This document shows positions 35,960 to 47,473 of a DNA stretch of 64,000 nucleotides, piece after piece. The stretch is from positions 496,001 through 560,000 of the forward strand of contig NIVC01000382.1 of NCBI GenBank assembly GCA_002269645.1, given 5' to 3'. The notes beneath the pieces were generated by a model. That model worked only from the letters and a program-made list of their open reading frames with translations, did not search any database and was not told where the DNA came from. The number at the start of each line of letters is the position of its first letter. Positions within the stretch are counted from its first letter, which is position 1. Source of the DNA: Macrostomum lignano. Lineage: Eukaryota. A program made the translations under genes and the position numbers.

Positions 35960-36591
35960 AGAATACAGGCAAAGAACGGCAGCACAATGATAGGTCTGCT
36001 AGTTTGTTTTCAGCCACAAGCATTGGGCAGTCGCACAAATTATACTGTACATCGTCTTGCTTTGAAAAAATACAAAAGACTGTTGTTGGGCCTAGTGCGT
36101 GGGGTTCTAAGTGCGCTTTTACTCCGTGTATCGTTTGTGATTTTAACTCTGTGTGTGCTCATCGTCCATGGCTCACGCTCTTTGCACGTCTTTGCTCAAT
36201 CGTGACTTTAATGTACATTGTTGGTGTTTTAGTTCTTGACTAGCAATCTAGCGCCCCCCTTCGGGGTGGCCAATAAGCAAGGGACGAATCCTTTAAAATG
36301 AAAAAAAATTCTTAGGGAGGGGGGCTAGGAATCGAATTCTCATTTTAATTCTGGGCTTATGTACCAATAAAACTTGCTTGTGCAGAATTTTATAACAGAC
36401 ATTGAAATTCAACTATACTTGCCTTCTTTCAGAGCTACTTCTACCAGTACGCTCCAGTACGCTACCAGTACCCTTGTAAGCCTTGACATGTCAGCAATCC
36501 CCCCCCCACAAGCCTTAACATATCAACTCCCCCCTTGACATCTCAGCGATGCCCCCATAAGCCTTGAAATCTTAAAAAATCTGTCTACTTT

Positions 36592-36625
36592 CTAACCCTA
36601 ACCCTAACCCTAACCCTAACCCTAA
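36592..36625. repeat. (CCCTAA)n, about 5.5 units, inside Helitron E
   Basis: Direct reading; same position as the tract in unit A. Confidence 0.9.
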
Positions 36626-36906
36626 AGCATTGAAATTTCAGTAATTCTCTCTAAGAGTCATTATAGCACTACTACAGCATTATAGCGATTCCCTGCAAGC
36701 CTCGACATCGTAGGGATTCCCAAATGAATCTCTTAACTTCGACATGAAGCTTCTCTTATTTTTTACATTACGCTTTTTCTATCAGCGATCCCTCCCGTGA
36801 GGAGCCAACAAATAACATAATAACTTTTTTTCAATAAACTACATGTAGCTTCTGACTTTAGCCTTGACATCTCATTTATTCCCCCGTGAGCCTTGACATC
36901 TCAGCT

Positions 36907-37453
<547 letters not shown>

Positions 37454-40334
37454 CCCCTCGTAAGCCTTGACATGTTAGCGATGCCCCCCATAAACCTTGA
37501 AATCTAAAAAATCCCCTGTTAACCTTGAAACCCGATAAAATATAACCCTCAACCCACACCTGACCTAAACCTAACTTTAACCCAACCTAAAGCCTTGAAA
37601 TCTCAGCAATTCTTCTCCCCTAAGCCTTGACATTTTAGTGATTCCTTCTTTAAGAATCACAGCACTATAACGATTTCACCAAGCTTTGACATCGTAGCAA
37701 TTCCCAGATGAATCTTTTAACTCCGACATGACTTTTCTTTTATGTATACATAGTGCTACTTTTATTTTTTACATGACTCTTCTTCTATCAGCGCCCCCCA
37801 CCGTGGCGAGCCAACAAAGAATACAATAAAAAATTAAGTAAAGTACATGTACTTTGAAGTAGCTTCTGACTTTTGCTTTGACATCTCAGAAACCCCCCTG
37901 TAATCTCAGTTATTGTGAGCCTTGACGTCTCAGTAATTCTCCCCAGCACAGCACTACAGCTTCATTTAATTTTTACATGACACCTTTCATGTCTGACATG
38001 ACGTTTCTTTTGATTTTTACATTACGCTTCTTTTATTCTTCCATGATGCTTCTTAATTTTTTAAATGACACTTTCATTAGTTTTTATGAGGCTTCTATGA
38101 TTTTTTCATGATGCTTCTATGATTGTTTACATGACGCTTCTATGATTGTTTACATGACGCTTCTATGATTGTTTACATGACGCTTCTATGATTTTTTCAT
38201 GACGCTTCTATGATTGTTTACATGACGCTTCTATGATTGTTTACATGACGCTTCTATATTTTTACATGACGCTTCATGATTTTTACATGACGCTTTATGA
38301 TTTTTACATGACGCTTCTATGATTGTTTACATGACGCTTCTATGATTGTTTACATGACGCTTCTATGATTGTTTACATGACGCTTCTATGATTGTTTACA
38401 TGACGCTTCTATGATTGTTTACATGACGCTTCTATGATTGTTTACATGACGCTTCTATAATTGTTTACATGACGCTTCTATGCTTGTTTACATGACGCTT
38501 CTATATTGTTTACATGACGCTTCTATGATTGTTTACATGACGCTTTTATGATTTTACATGACGCTTCTATGATTTTTACATGACGCTTTGATTTTATGAC
38601 GCTTCTATGATTTTTTACATGACGCTTCTATGATTGTTTACATGACGCTTCTATGATTTTTTACATGACGCTTCTATGCTTGTTTACATGACGCTTTTAT
38701 GATTTTTACATGACGCTTCTATGCTTTTTACATGACGCTTCTATGATTTTTACATGACGCTTCTATGATTTTTACATGACGCTTCTATGATTGTTTACAT
38801 GACGCTTCTATGATTGTTTACATGACGCTTCTATAATTGTTTACATGACGCTTCTATGATTGTTTACATGTTTACATTACAACTTATCGGCCAAAAGTTT
38901 CCATCAGCCCAAAACCCTTTTTTAATTAGCACAAGGTGCTTATCTTTTGAAGCACAAACTCAGCACCACTAACCTTAACAACACTTTTCCAAGATTAGCA
39001 ACGCTGCTCAGATTAGCACTACTTCCCCCCAGATTAGCACTACTCCTCAGATTAGCACTACTTCCCCCCAGATTAGCACTGCTCCTCAGATTAGCAATGC
39101 TCCTCAGATTAGCACTACTTCCCCCCAGATTAGCAACGCTCCTCAGATTAGCACTACTTCCCCCCAGATTAGCACTGCTCCTCAGATTAGCAATGCTCCT
39201 CAGATTAGCACTACTTCCCCCTAGATTAGCACCCCTACCCCTAAATTAGCACTCCACTCAGATTAGCAACACTTTACAAGACTTTGTCAGTAATGGTCTC
39301 TGAAAATTAGCGCATACAATAGAATTGCACTGCTGTAGAAGATTAATGCAGTCCCAGAATAATATAATTAAATGAACATTTCGTAAAATCTGCGTCAATC
39401 TGCATTGGAGGTGACATCAATGTTGTCACAAGTTTTGGGGATAAATTTTCTACTTCAATGCAGACTCGAATTGCCCAACATCTGCTTTGCCTCTACAACG
39501 CGGCTATTTTCGAAGAGAAGCCTTTACTGCTCCCTTGAGAATTCTCATTCATCCCCCAGCATTCTGCAGTTCTCCAAGCAAATATTTGAATTTTTAAGGT
39601 AAAATCCAAGGTCACTAAAATTTTAAGGTGAAGAATTTTGCAAGTTTAAAAAAAACGCGATCAAATTTGATTGAGGCATTCAGTATTAAATGCGTCATTC
39701 ACAAACAGACAAAAAAAGGTAGGACTTTTAGTATATTAGAAAATTATATATTAGCACTATTTCCCCAGATTAGCACCACTCCCCGGATTAGCACCATTCC
39801 CCCAAAAGTAGCACCACTTCCTTAGATTAGCACTACTTCCCCCAGATTAGCACTACTTCCTCCAGATTAGAACTTCTTCCCCCAGATTAGCACCACTCCC
39901 CCAGATTAGCACCACTCCCCCAGATTAGCACTATTAGCACCTCTCCCCCAGATTAGCACTATTAGCACCACTACCCAAAAATTACCACCACTTCCCCAGA
40001 TCAGCACCACCCCCAGATTAGCACCACTCCCCAAAAATTAGCAGAACTTCCCAAAAACTAGCACAGTTTTATACAAAATTAGCATCGCTCCCCCAGATTA
40101 GCACCGGTCCTCAGATTAGCATTACTGAGCCCCCAGACTCCCCCCCCCCAGATTAGCACCACTACCCCTAATAATTAGCACTCCGCCGCTCAGATTAGCA
40201 ACACTTTGCCAAGATTAGCACTACTCCTCCAGATTAGCACCACTCTTCCAGATTAGTAATGCTCTCTGCAAATTAGCACATACTCACAATAGATTGGCAC
40301 TGATCTAAAAGATTAATGCAGTCCCAGAATAATA

Positions 40335-41065
40335 TAGCTTTTTGCAGCTTATTTGGGCTTACGCGCATTTAATTTAATCCAATATACATTTGCCAATGTA
40401 ACAGAGCTTATTGTCTATGGTAGAAAGGCTGCCACAGCGGCACTTAATTTAGTCCAACAAGCATCAATTTGGTCCAAATGCTTGTGAGCCAATGGCAAAC
40501 TCTTGCCTTCTCGCAACCGCCTAAGGTTTGTTGCGCACCGCTGGAATGTCAGCGTCTGTACCAGCAATTTTCAGTCGCTTTTCCAGAGCTCTGCTGATAG
40601 TCCAAATCTGATAACCAACTGGAACTTTTCCTTCAACTTCTGCTGCATTTTCTGCTCCGTCAACAAAGGGTTCGTCTCAATTGCATTAAGTAGCAGTTGG
40701 ACCTGAGTCTCTAGCAACTTGCCTTGGCGATTGCCACCTTTCACAGGCGACCTATGCCAGAAGTGGTTTCAACACGCTGATGGATGCTGTAAACCATCTT
40801 TCTTCTACAATATATTCAGCAACCTTGCAATGTCCTTTGGGTATTCACCTCTGTTGATTGCTTTGACCACAAGCCAGTGGCATTCGTTCGACGACCTAGC
40901 ATGGTTCACAATTATGGAGCTGATCTTGCTCCTCCGCAACAGTTGCAAATGAAGCTATGGACCAAATTGATGCTTGTTGGACTAAATTAATAAGCTCATT
41001 TACTTTGGCAAATCAATTTGGATTAAATTAAATGCACGTAAGCCCGAATGGGCTGCAAAAAGCTA
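40335..41065 (-). mobile_element. Internally deleted Tc1/IS630-like DNA transposon (731 bp), about 130-bp TIRs, TA target duplication, nested in Helitron G2
   Basis: TAGCTTTTTGCAGC...GGGCTTACGYGCATTTAATTTAATCCAA...TTTAGTCCAACAAGCATCAATTTGGTCCA is inverted at both ends. Empty paralogous site GAATAA-TA-TAATTAAATG near 39357. The interior has a decayed HTH reading LVVKAINRGEYPKDIARLLNI...GGNRQGKL...LLNAIETNPLLT. Confidence 0.75.
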
Positions 41066-41654
41066 TATCATTCAATGAAAATTTCAAAATTTCAAAGTTA
41101 TAGGGATACTTTTCAGCTTCAATGCAGACTCCAATTGCCGACCATCTGCTTTGCCTCTACAACGCGGCTATTTTCGAAGAGAAGCCTATACTATTCCCTC
41201 AAGAATTCTCATTCATCCCCAAGCATTTTGCAGTTCTCTCGGCTGGCTCCTCAGTCTCAGCAAACTTACAATGATCCTTTCAACAATTTAAAACATTTCT
41301 CAGCATTTAGTACGACTCATTAATCAGTGTTCGATACATATCGGCGGACTTTTGCACAACTCAGGATTTAGCTGTGCCTATGCCTTCAGCAGTTTAGCAG
41401 CATTGTCTGCATTTTAGCAATTCCATACTTTAAATGGAGCTAGGCAACACCCATTGATGAGATCAGCCAGACTTGAAGCAGTTTTACATATCAATTTTTC
41501 TTAGTGGCTTGTGCCAATTAGCAAAAATAATTAATTGCTTTACTTAATAAAAAATTTCAATCGCTATTAATCAATATCAATATTAATCGAAAGATTTTCT
41601 AATTAGTCCATGCATAATTTACAAATAAATATAAATTAATTCAAATTTAATTGT

Positions 41655-41728
41655 TCGCAGCGAGGTGGATTCGAACCTGGGACCTTACGCCTAGCCTAAA
41701 CCTAGTGCCTACATGCGGCCACTCCGCC
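41655..41728 (-). mobile_element. tRNA-derived SINE head or tRNA pseudogene inside Helitron G2
   Basis: Minus strand GGCGGAGTGGCCGCATGTAGG...GGTCCCAGGTTCGAATCCACC carries A-box and B-box motifs, but no complete cloverleaf. Confidence 0.6.
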
Positions 41729-42256
41729 TATTGATGGAAAGGCGAGAAAATCAGCCATATAAGCTTCGACACTGCAGTCAAATACATAGCAGTGATGGGC
41801 TGCTCAGTGCGCAGGCAGAGCCAATGCACAGTTGAGTGAAATCTATAAATAGCAATTGTCTATGCAGTCCGCCATTCAGCTAGGGTCAGAGGAATGTACA
41901 CACAGCCACTGAGCATTTTTTCTCTCCCTTGCACACTGTAGCCAGTATTGAAACTTGGAGAAAAAAGTTATGGCGCAATCTCAATTGGAGTTTCAATTCA
42001 GTCAGTCGAGATTTTGACCTTTTCTAGCCTCCCATTAAAAGCATAAGGAAAACTCGTTTTTCGAATATTTAATCCACTTAGCACGGAAGCAAATATTTGA
42101 AAAATTTTAGGTACAATCCTTGAAAAAATTTGCAGGTTTAGAAAAAAACGCGATCAAATTTGGTTGAGGCATTCAGTATTAAATGCGTCATTCACAAACA
42201 GACAGACAAACAAACAAAGGTAGGACTTTTAGTATATAAGATTTAGTATATTTAGA

Positions 42257-42682
42257 CTAGCTAATTAGAGCTGGCTGCCAGCAGCCAGAATAATTTTTTT
42301 ATTGCCCCCTTTAAGTGGAGCGGAGTGAGTTTTCTTATCAGTTGGCTCTGGCGCAATCAATTAAGATTGACTGTGAAGTTTCTCGCTGATAAAATTTGCA
42401 TTGAATTCGCCCATTTAAAACTGTTTTTCGAATATTTAATCCCTTTAGCATTGAAGCAGATACAAGAAATTTTAACCGTCTTCTTTCCAGACAATTTTGA
42501 ATCTTTTGGCGAAAACGCGATCAAAATCGGTGAAGAATTGCAATCTCTAGAGCGTTATGGACAAGCATACAAATATTAGAGATTTAGTATATTTAGACAA
42601 GCAAACATACAAACCTTAGAGATTTAGTATATTTAGATTAGATGGACAAGCATACAAACCTTAGAGATTTAGTATATTTAGA
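42257..42682 (-). mobile_element. Small non-autonomous Helitron, unit F (426 bp), with a triplicated 5' terminus
   Basis: 3' hairpin CTGGCTGC-TG-GCAGCCAG, then CTCTAATTAGCTAG ending at 42257. 5' TCTAAATATACTAAATCTCTAA starts at 42597, 42637 and 42682 (A|TC at 42682). Confidence 0.8.
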
Positions 42683-42879
42683 TAGATAGATTGGGGTGGC
42701 TGTTGTTAAACCTCACTTATAATAAATCGGATCGTTGTTTGTCAGTGAACTTAGCACTGTCGTCTCGCCTCGCATACTCTCAGCTCTTGACTTGCTCTTT
42801 TTAACAACTGTCTTATCTAAACATCTCCAAAAGCTGCCCTAAAGATAATCGAAATGGTCGAAATGCATTGGCATATACT

Positions 42880-43310
42880 CTGGTGGTCAACACAGAAAAC
42901 CGTCGTGCTCTTGCTGCCGGACGACATCGAGGCTGCAAATTTGTGCCGAGGCGCTGATGGACAGGCGGCAGAGCTTCCGCGTTGTCAACAGTTCGTCTAC
43001 CTCCGTGGTCTGATTTTCGGCGTCCGCGAAGGCTTGCGGCGTCGCCGCGGGCTTGCCTGGGCTGCCTTCCATTCTGTGAGGGCAGTCCTGCAGTCCGAGG
43101 ACCTACCTGACCGCCAGAGGATGGCATTCTTCCAGGCGGTGGTCGAAACCGTCCTGTTGTAGAAAGCTGAGACCTGGACGCTGACGGATTCACTCGAGCA
43201 ACAAGTTGACGCGGCGCCCACTGGCCTAATGCGCGCCGTCTTTAAGATCGGCTACGAGCAAGTGACCAACGCGCCTTTGTATCACCGCGCCGGCCTGGTC
43301 CGCCCAAGCA
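42880..43310 (+). mobile_element. Non-LTR retrotransposon (RTE-like) reverse transcriptase C-terminal fragment
   Basis: LPRCQQFVYLRG...RRRRGLAWAAFHSVRAVL...FFQAVVETVLL*KAETWTLTDSLEQQVDAA...LMRAVFKI, typical of the region after RT motif 7 in RTE-like LINEs; contains an in-frame stop. Confidence 0.75.
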
Positions 43311-43566
43311 GTCTGAGTCTCTCTCCGGTCTCACTGTCGCTTTCCGGATTCGCAAAGCCCATAACTCTCGCCACGGCGCCCCAACGACCGTAGAGCCTGT
43401 CGACAGAGCTCTTCCATTTCTGGCTCAATAGGCGACATCGAATGAGACTTTTTAGCTCCAGCAGATTGAGAATGCGAGCTTCCAACTCTTCTGGAATAGA
43501 CTGGTTAAACAGCTTCGTTTGCTGCTGTTGCACTGGCTCTGGATCCTCGACGTCAGCCTCAGGCAT
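43311..43566 (-). pseudogene. Truncated duplicate of F-box exon 1
   Basis: Near-identical to 11628-11881 for about 85 codons, then joins the RTE fragment at about 43310. Confidence 0.85.
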
Positions 43567-44366
43567 AGTTTTAGACGAGTTAACTTTTGTATATGCGACT
43601 AGCGCATTGCATATACACTTGAAATAAGCGGATTAAGAAATGAAGTACAATAAATTTGTAAAAAGCAGTTATAAATAATCAGAGATCATCCCCATACACT
43701 CTCCGCATACGAGAATAGTATATTCGTTTCGAAGGTGACGGATCGGCCCAACTGCCCTTGCCGACATACATGTACAAGGCGCTAGGGGGCTATAGAAGCT
43801 TTTTTATTCATGATGACTGGATATAGTTGTAGTGCTATTGGCCGCATTTGTAACGTTTTTTACATGTAACTAGTCCCGACAAAGCGTTTCGTTAAGTTTC
43901 AAAATTGGAAGGGAATATTGTTGTCGTGACGTGAATCCTGGCTACGCGCCTGGTTCGAGCTCGTAATGTTTTTCTACAGCAAAAATTGAACTAACGATGC
44001 TTAGGTAAATTGCGGTAGTGACGATGTAGAGTAAAATAAGACAGACGATTGAATCATATCGTATATTTCAAATTAATGGATTAATAAGAGTCGAAAAACA
44101 GTAAGTTCGACACAGGAACCAAAGCTAAATAAAACCAAAACTAACTTAATAGATGGGGTTGAGTCCAGATGAAAGAAAGGTAGGAGTGCGCGGCTGAGGA
44201 AAGAGGCAAAATTGAAGAGCCAATCAGAAGGCAGCGAGGGAGAGAATTTTACAACTGAACTACTTACTGGACAGAGGGAGAGAAAACAGAGTAAGCAGAG
44301 GCGAGTGAAGATCACCTGAAGAGATGTATTTTAGAAACATTGGAGAAATTTAAAAAACAATGTCAC

Positions 44367-45497
44367 TCAGTAAACTTTTTTCTTTATTGAATAGGATCTC
44401 ATTTCTGTCACTCGCCAGCGTCCATTCTTCCTCATCGCGTTCCAAAGCTTGGCGAGGTTGACGGAGTCTGGCGGCTCCCCCATGGCGAACAGGCTCACCT
44501 TGACCTGCGCAGTAAACGGGGAGCCGTAGCAGTCCTGAAACCCGAGCTGATTTGGCTCCACATCAATTCTGTCAACTTTCCACTCGGACTCGTCCAGGAT
44601 CTGCCAGCCGTCGCAGTCTGTCCAGTCAGGAAAGGTGAGGAAGAACCAGAAAGCTCCCCGCTCCGACTCGTCAAGGATGTCCACAACTCGCCTCGCTGTG
44701 GCTTTGAGCAGGATCTCTTCAAATGGGGGGTTGAGCACCCAGCCGCCTGGATGCTGCATCAGGTCTATGTGAAAAAAGTCGCCCAGACTGCCGAATGGGC
44801 TGTCAGTGTCAGGGAACAGGCTGCAGAACTTTGCTCCCTGCCGACCCAGCAGCTGACAATTGAGGGGCGAAGCGAAACCCACGTGAGCGGCTTCGCCCAG
44901 CTCGAACAGGGCATCGAAAGCTTTGGGGCAGAGGCTGGACTCGCCGCCTCTGAACATTCTCAGGCTGTGGTAGCGAAGGCACACCAGCGCGGCCTGCTGC
45001 TCACCGCACAGCTCGACCAGCTGCTTGACTCGCTTGCTCCTAGGCGTCCAGAATTTCCCAAATGTGATTTGGCCTCGGCTGCCGGCCTCCTCAAATCGTA
45101 GCTTCGGGGTTTTCTCCGCCTTTGCGATGTCACTCTCTCCTTGTAGAAACTGATCGATCATGGACAGCAGCGACTCTACCAGATGCGTCGCTTCGTCTTT
45201 CGACATGTCGCTGAAGCTCAAGCAGAGCGATTTCACGAACTCAACTTTGCTTCTGTTGTCGCTCAACTTCTGTGGCAGCAGAGGGAATGTCTCGGACATT
45301 TGCTGACCATCGGTGGTCTGCATGGTGATGAGCCAACGACCGAACTGAATTTTCGTCCTATTCTTCTGATTTCTATGCTTAGCTGGCTGAAACCGTTGAG
45401 TGCGGTTCTCGAGCCAACTCACGAGTCGGTCTATTTCCCTAAACTGGGAATACTCGAGCAGCAGTTTGAGGTGAAGGTTTTGTTCTTCATCAGCCAT
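44367..45497 (-). CDS. PCIF1/CAPAM-like adenine-N6 methyltransferase lacking the WW domain, 376 aa, intronless, intact
   Basis: GFASPLNC, CSLFPDTDSPFGSLGDFF, NPPFEEIL and FWFFLTFPDW match the PCIF1 catalytic domain (ECFASPLNC...AFPDTDGYFGSRG...ANPPFCEEL...FIVFIPEW). FGRWL...PLLP resembles the PCIF1 helical region. No WW motif. Confidence 0.88.
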   Translation of the reverse strand: MADEEQNLHLKLLLEYSQFREIDRLVSWLENRTQRFQPAKHRNQKNRTKIQFGRWLITMQTTDGQQMSETFPLLPQKLSDNRSKVEFVKSLCLSFSDMSKDEATHLVESLLSMIDQFLQGESDIAKAEKTPKLRFEEAGSRGQITFGKFWTPRSKRVKQLVELCGEQQAALVCLRYHSLRMFRGGESSLCPKAFDALFELGEAAHVGFASPLNCQLLGRQGAKFCSLFPDTDSPFGSLGDFFHIDLMQHPGGWVLNPPFEEILLKATARRVVDILDESERGAFWFFLTFPDWTDCDGWQILDESEWKVDRIDVEPNQLGFQDCYGSPFTAQVKVSLFAMGEPPDSVNLAKLWNAMRKNGRWRVTEMRSYSIKKKVY

Positions 45498-45904
45498 AGT
45501 AAACTTCTACCATTGCCTTCTCACCTTAGGTTCTGGTTTCATGCTATCAGTTTTTTCGTTTTTCGCTTTTCATTTTGTTTCTTTTTTGGCTTTGAGATTT
45601 GGCCTTGGTTTTATCAGTGTCTCAACTGAAGTGTACGCTATGAGTACACTTTGGATAAAGGGAGAACTTACTATCCCCCAACTCTGCTCTTTACAGCAAT
45701 CCATTGTTCTCAAAAAGTGGAACTACGTTTGCCTATACGTGGATCCAACAGTACTCAAAATCTCTTACCTAATCTAGTTGCTATTGACAACCATTTCATT
45801 CTCTCTATAGTGTCTATTGTATAATATACTGAGAAAAATTGCTAGAGCTCTACCTACTAAAGAGCCGCAGATCCAACATTAGCAAAGCTGTATCCTCTCT
45901 GAGC

Positions 45905-47013
45905 ATGGCTGGGGAAAACATTAGAACAGAATTGACCGACGATTTGGAAGGTCTGTTGACAAAAGATAAAACTCAAGTAAAAAAATTTCCTTGAAGAACT
46001 TTTGAGAGAGATTCCTGATGAAAGAAAAGAATATTGGTGCCAGAGAGTCAATTCAAGTTGGGACTTGGAAGGATCATTAATTTTACTGGAAGACCTCTTC
46101 ACTGGAGACGATAATGAAGAAGAAGAATTGAAGAAGAAGAAAGAAGAGATGGAACAGAGAACGCAAAGGAAGATCAAAGAACTGAAGCAGAATTTGAAGA
46201 ACTAGGTAGTGAAAGGAAAACTGAATGTGATCTGCAACCCAGCGCTTGAGAGCTTTCACTACGATCGAAGGAAAGCTCTAAGTGAGTCAAGGATAAATGT
46301 CACTATTAATAACAATTCGAGGAACATAATCTTCTATGCAATTCAAGCTGGCCAGATTTTTCTACAAGTCAAACAGAAGTTGAATCGAAGTGTCATGATG
46401 GCAACTTATATGGAGCACAAGGATATTTAGTTGTCAGTCAATGAGAGTTTAGGGACATGGTCGTGCTTGCGGCCAAGCCAAATCGAGCGCTTGTATTTTG
46501 GAACTGAAAGAAGGCATACACACTGAAAGATGGTATTGATATACTAGCTTACAACTCAAAGGATGAACAAAGTTTGAACATACCAGGGTAGACACAGTTT
46601 AAGCACATACGTATTGGCTGCATTAACGAATCATAAGGCATAACACTAAGGGTGCCTTCATGAAATTTCTGGAAGGAAAGGACAATGGACAACAAAAGAT
46701 TGGCATCAAGAAGGCAAGTGCCTACTTCTTCATGAAGCTAGCAAAAGTTTCCGAGAACTACCCAACAATTCAACAAATTGCTATGCCGCTCCGAGAACTC
46801 CAAGCGATTTTGCCGGTGTACCGGTATTTTCGAGAGTATGGCCCGGAAACCCGGCCGAGACGGCTAGTAGCGGCAGTCACTCAGCTCCGGAAGCGTCGAG
46901 AAGGGTCGGCCCGACTAGGTGATGACGTGCGACTCAACCGGATTCGCCGCCTTGCCGCGGTGTGCGGATGGTCGGGACGGCAGCTGCCGGAACTATTTTG
47001 TCTGCCGTTTTAG
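45905..47013 (+). pseudogene. Unclassified decayed ORF between PCIF1-like copies 2 and 3
   Basis: A coding-like reading MAGENIRTEL...(frameshift at A7)...EELLREIPDERKEYW...coiled-coil...VVKGKLNVICN continues through several stops; no family recognised. Confidence 0.3.
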
Positions 47014-47269
47014 TTGCGAATCTTTTCTATGCGCGCGTATACCTATTAAAATTTTCTTAATTGTATGCATGCGCATGTGTTGCATTTTTTCCTAACGAGT
47101 CGTGTACGGTGTTTGTTTTATTTTAATAAAACTTTCAAGATCCAAAAATTATTTTCTTACTAATAGGTTCAAATTTTTTTTTGTTTTTTTATTAGTCCAA
47201 GGGAGTTTTGGTAGGGCTCCTAGAATTCATCGGTTATTACGCTAATTATTATTAATTTCTCAAGTCTCA

Positions 47270-47473
47270 AGACATTTGCTGACCATCGGTGGTCTGCATG
47301 GTGATGAGCCAACGACCGAACTGATTTTCTGTCCTTTTCTGCTGATTTCTATGCTTTGCTGGCTGAAACCGTTGAGTGCGTTTCTCGAGCCAACTCACGA
47401 GTCGGTCTATTTCCCTAAACTGGGAATACTCGAGCAGCAGTTTGACGTGAAGGCTTTGTTCTTCATCAGCCAT
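47270..47473 (-). pseudogene. PCIF1-like copy 3, 5' stub (68 codons)
   Basis: MADEEQSLHVKLLLEYSQFREIDRLVSWLEKR... is near-identical to copies 1 and 2 and breaks off at about 47270; the upstream region matches 14110-14380. Confidence 0.85.

Larger units (their letters stand above)
38873..42241 (-). mobile_element. Two partial or tandem units (G1 38873-39740, G2 39741-42241) of another non-autonomous Helitron family with AGATTAGCAC repeats
   Basis: 5' ends TCTAATATACTAAAAGTCC (39740) and TCTTATATACTAAAAGTCC (42241). 39640-39740 duplicates 42140-42241; 39250-39590 duplicates 40190-40334 + 41066-41240. No 3' terminator found for these units. Confidence 0.65.

Noticed and set aside
41655-41728. 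Functional tRNA gene
   Set aside because: Acceptor and anticodon stems do not pair properly; called SINE or pseudogene instead.
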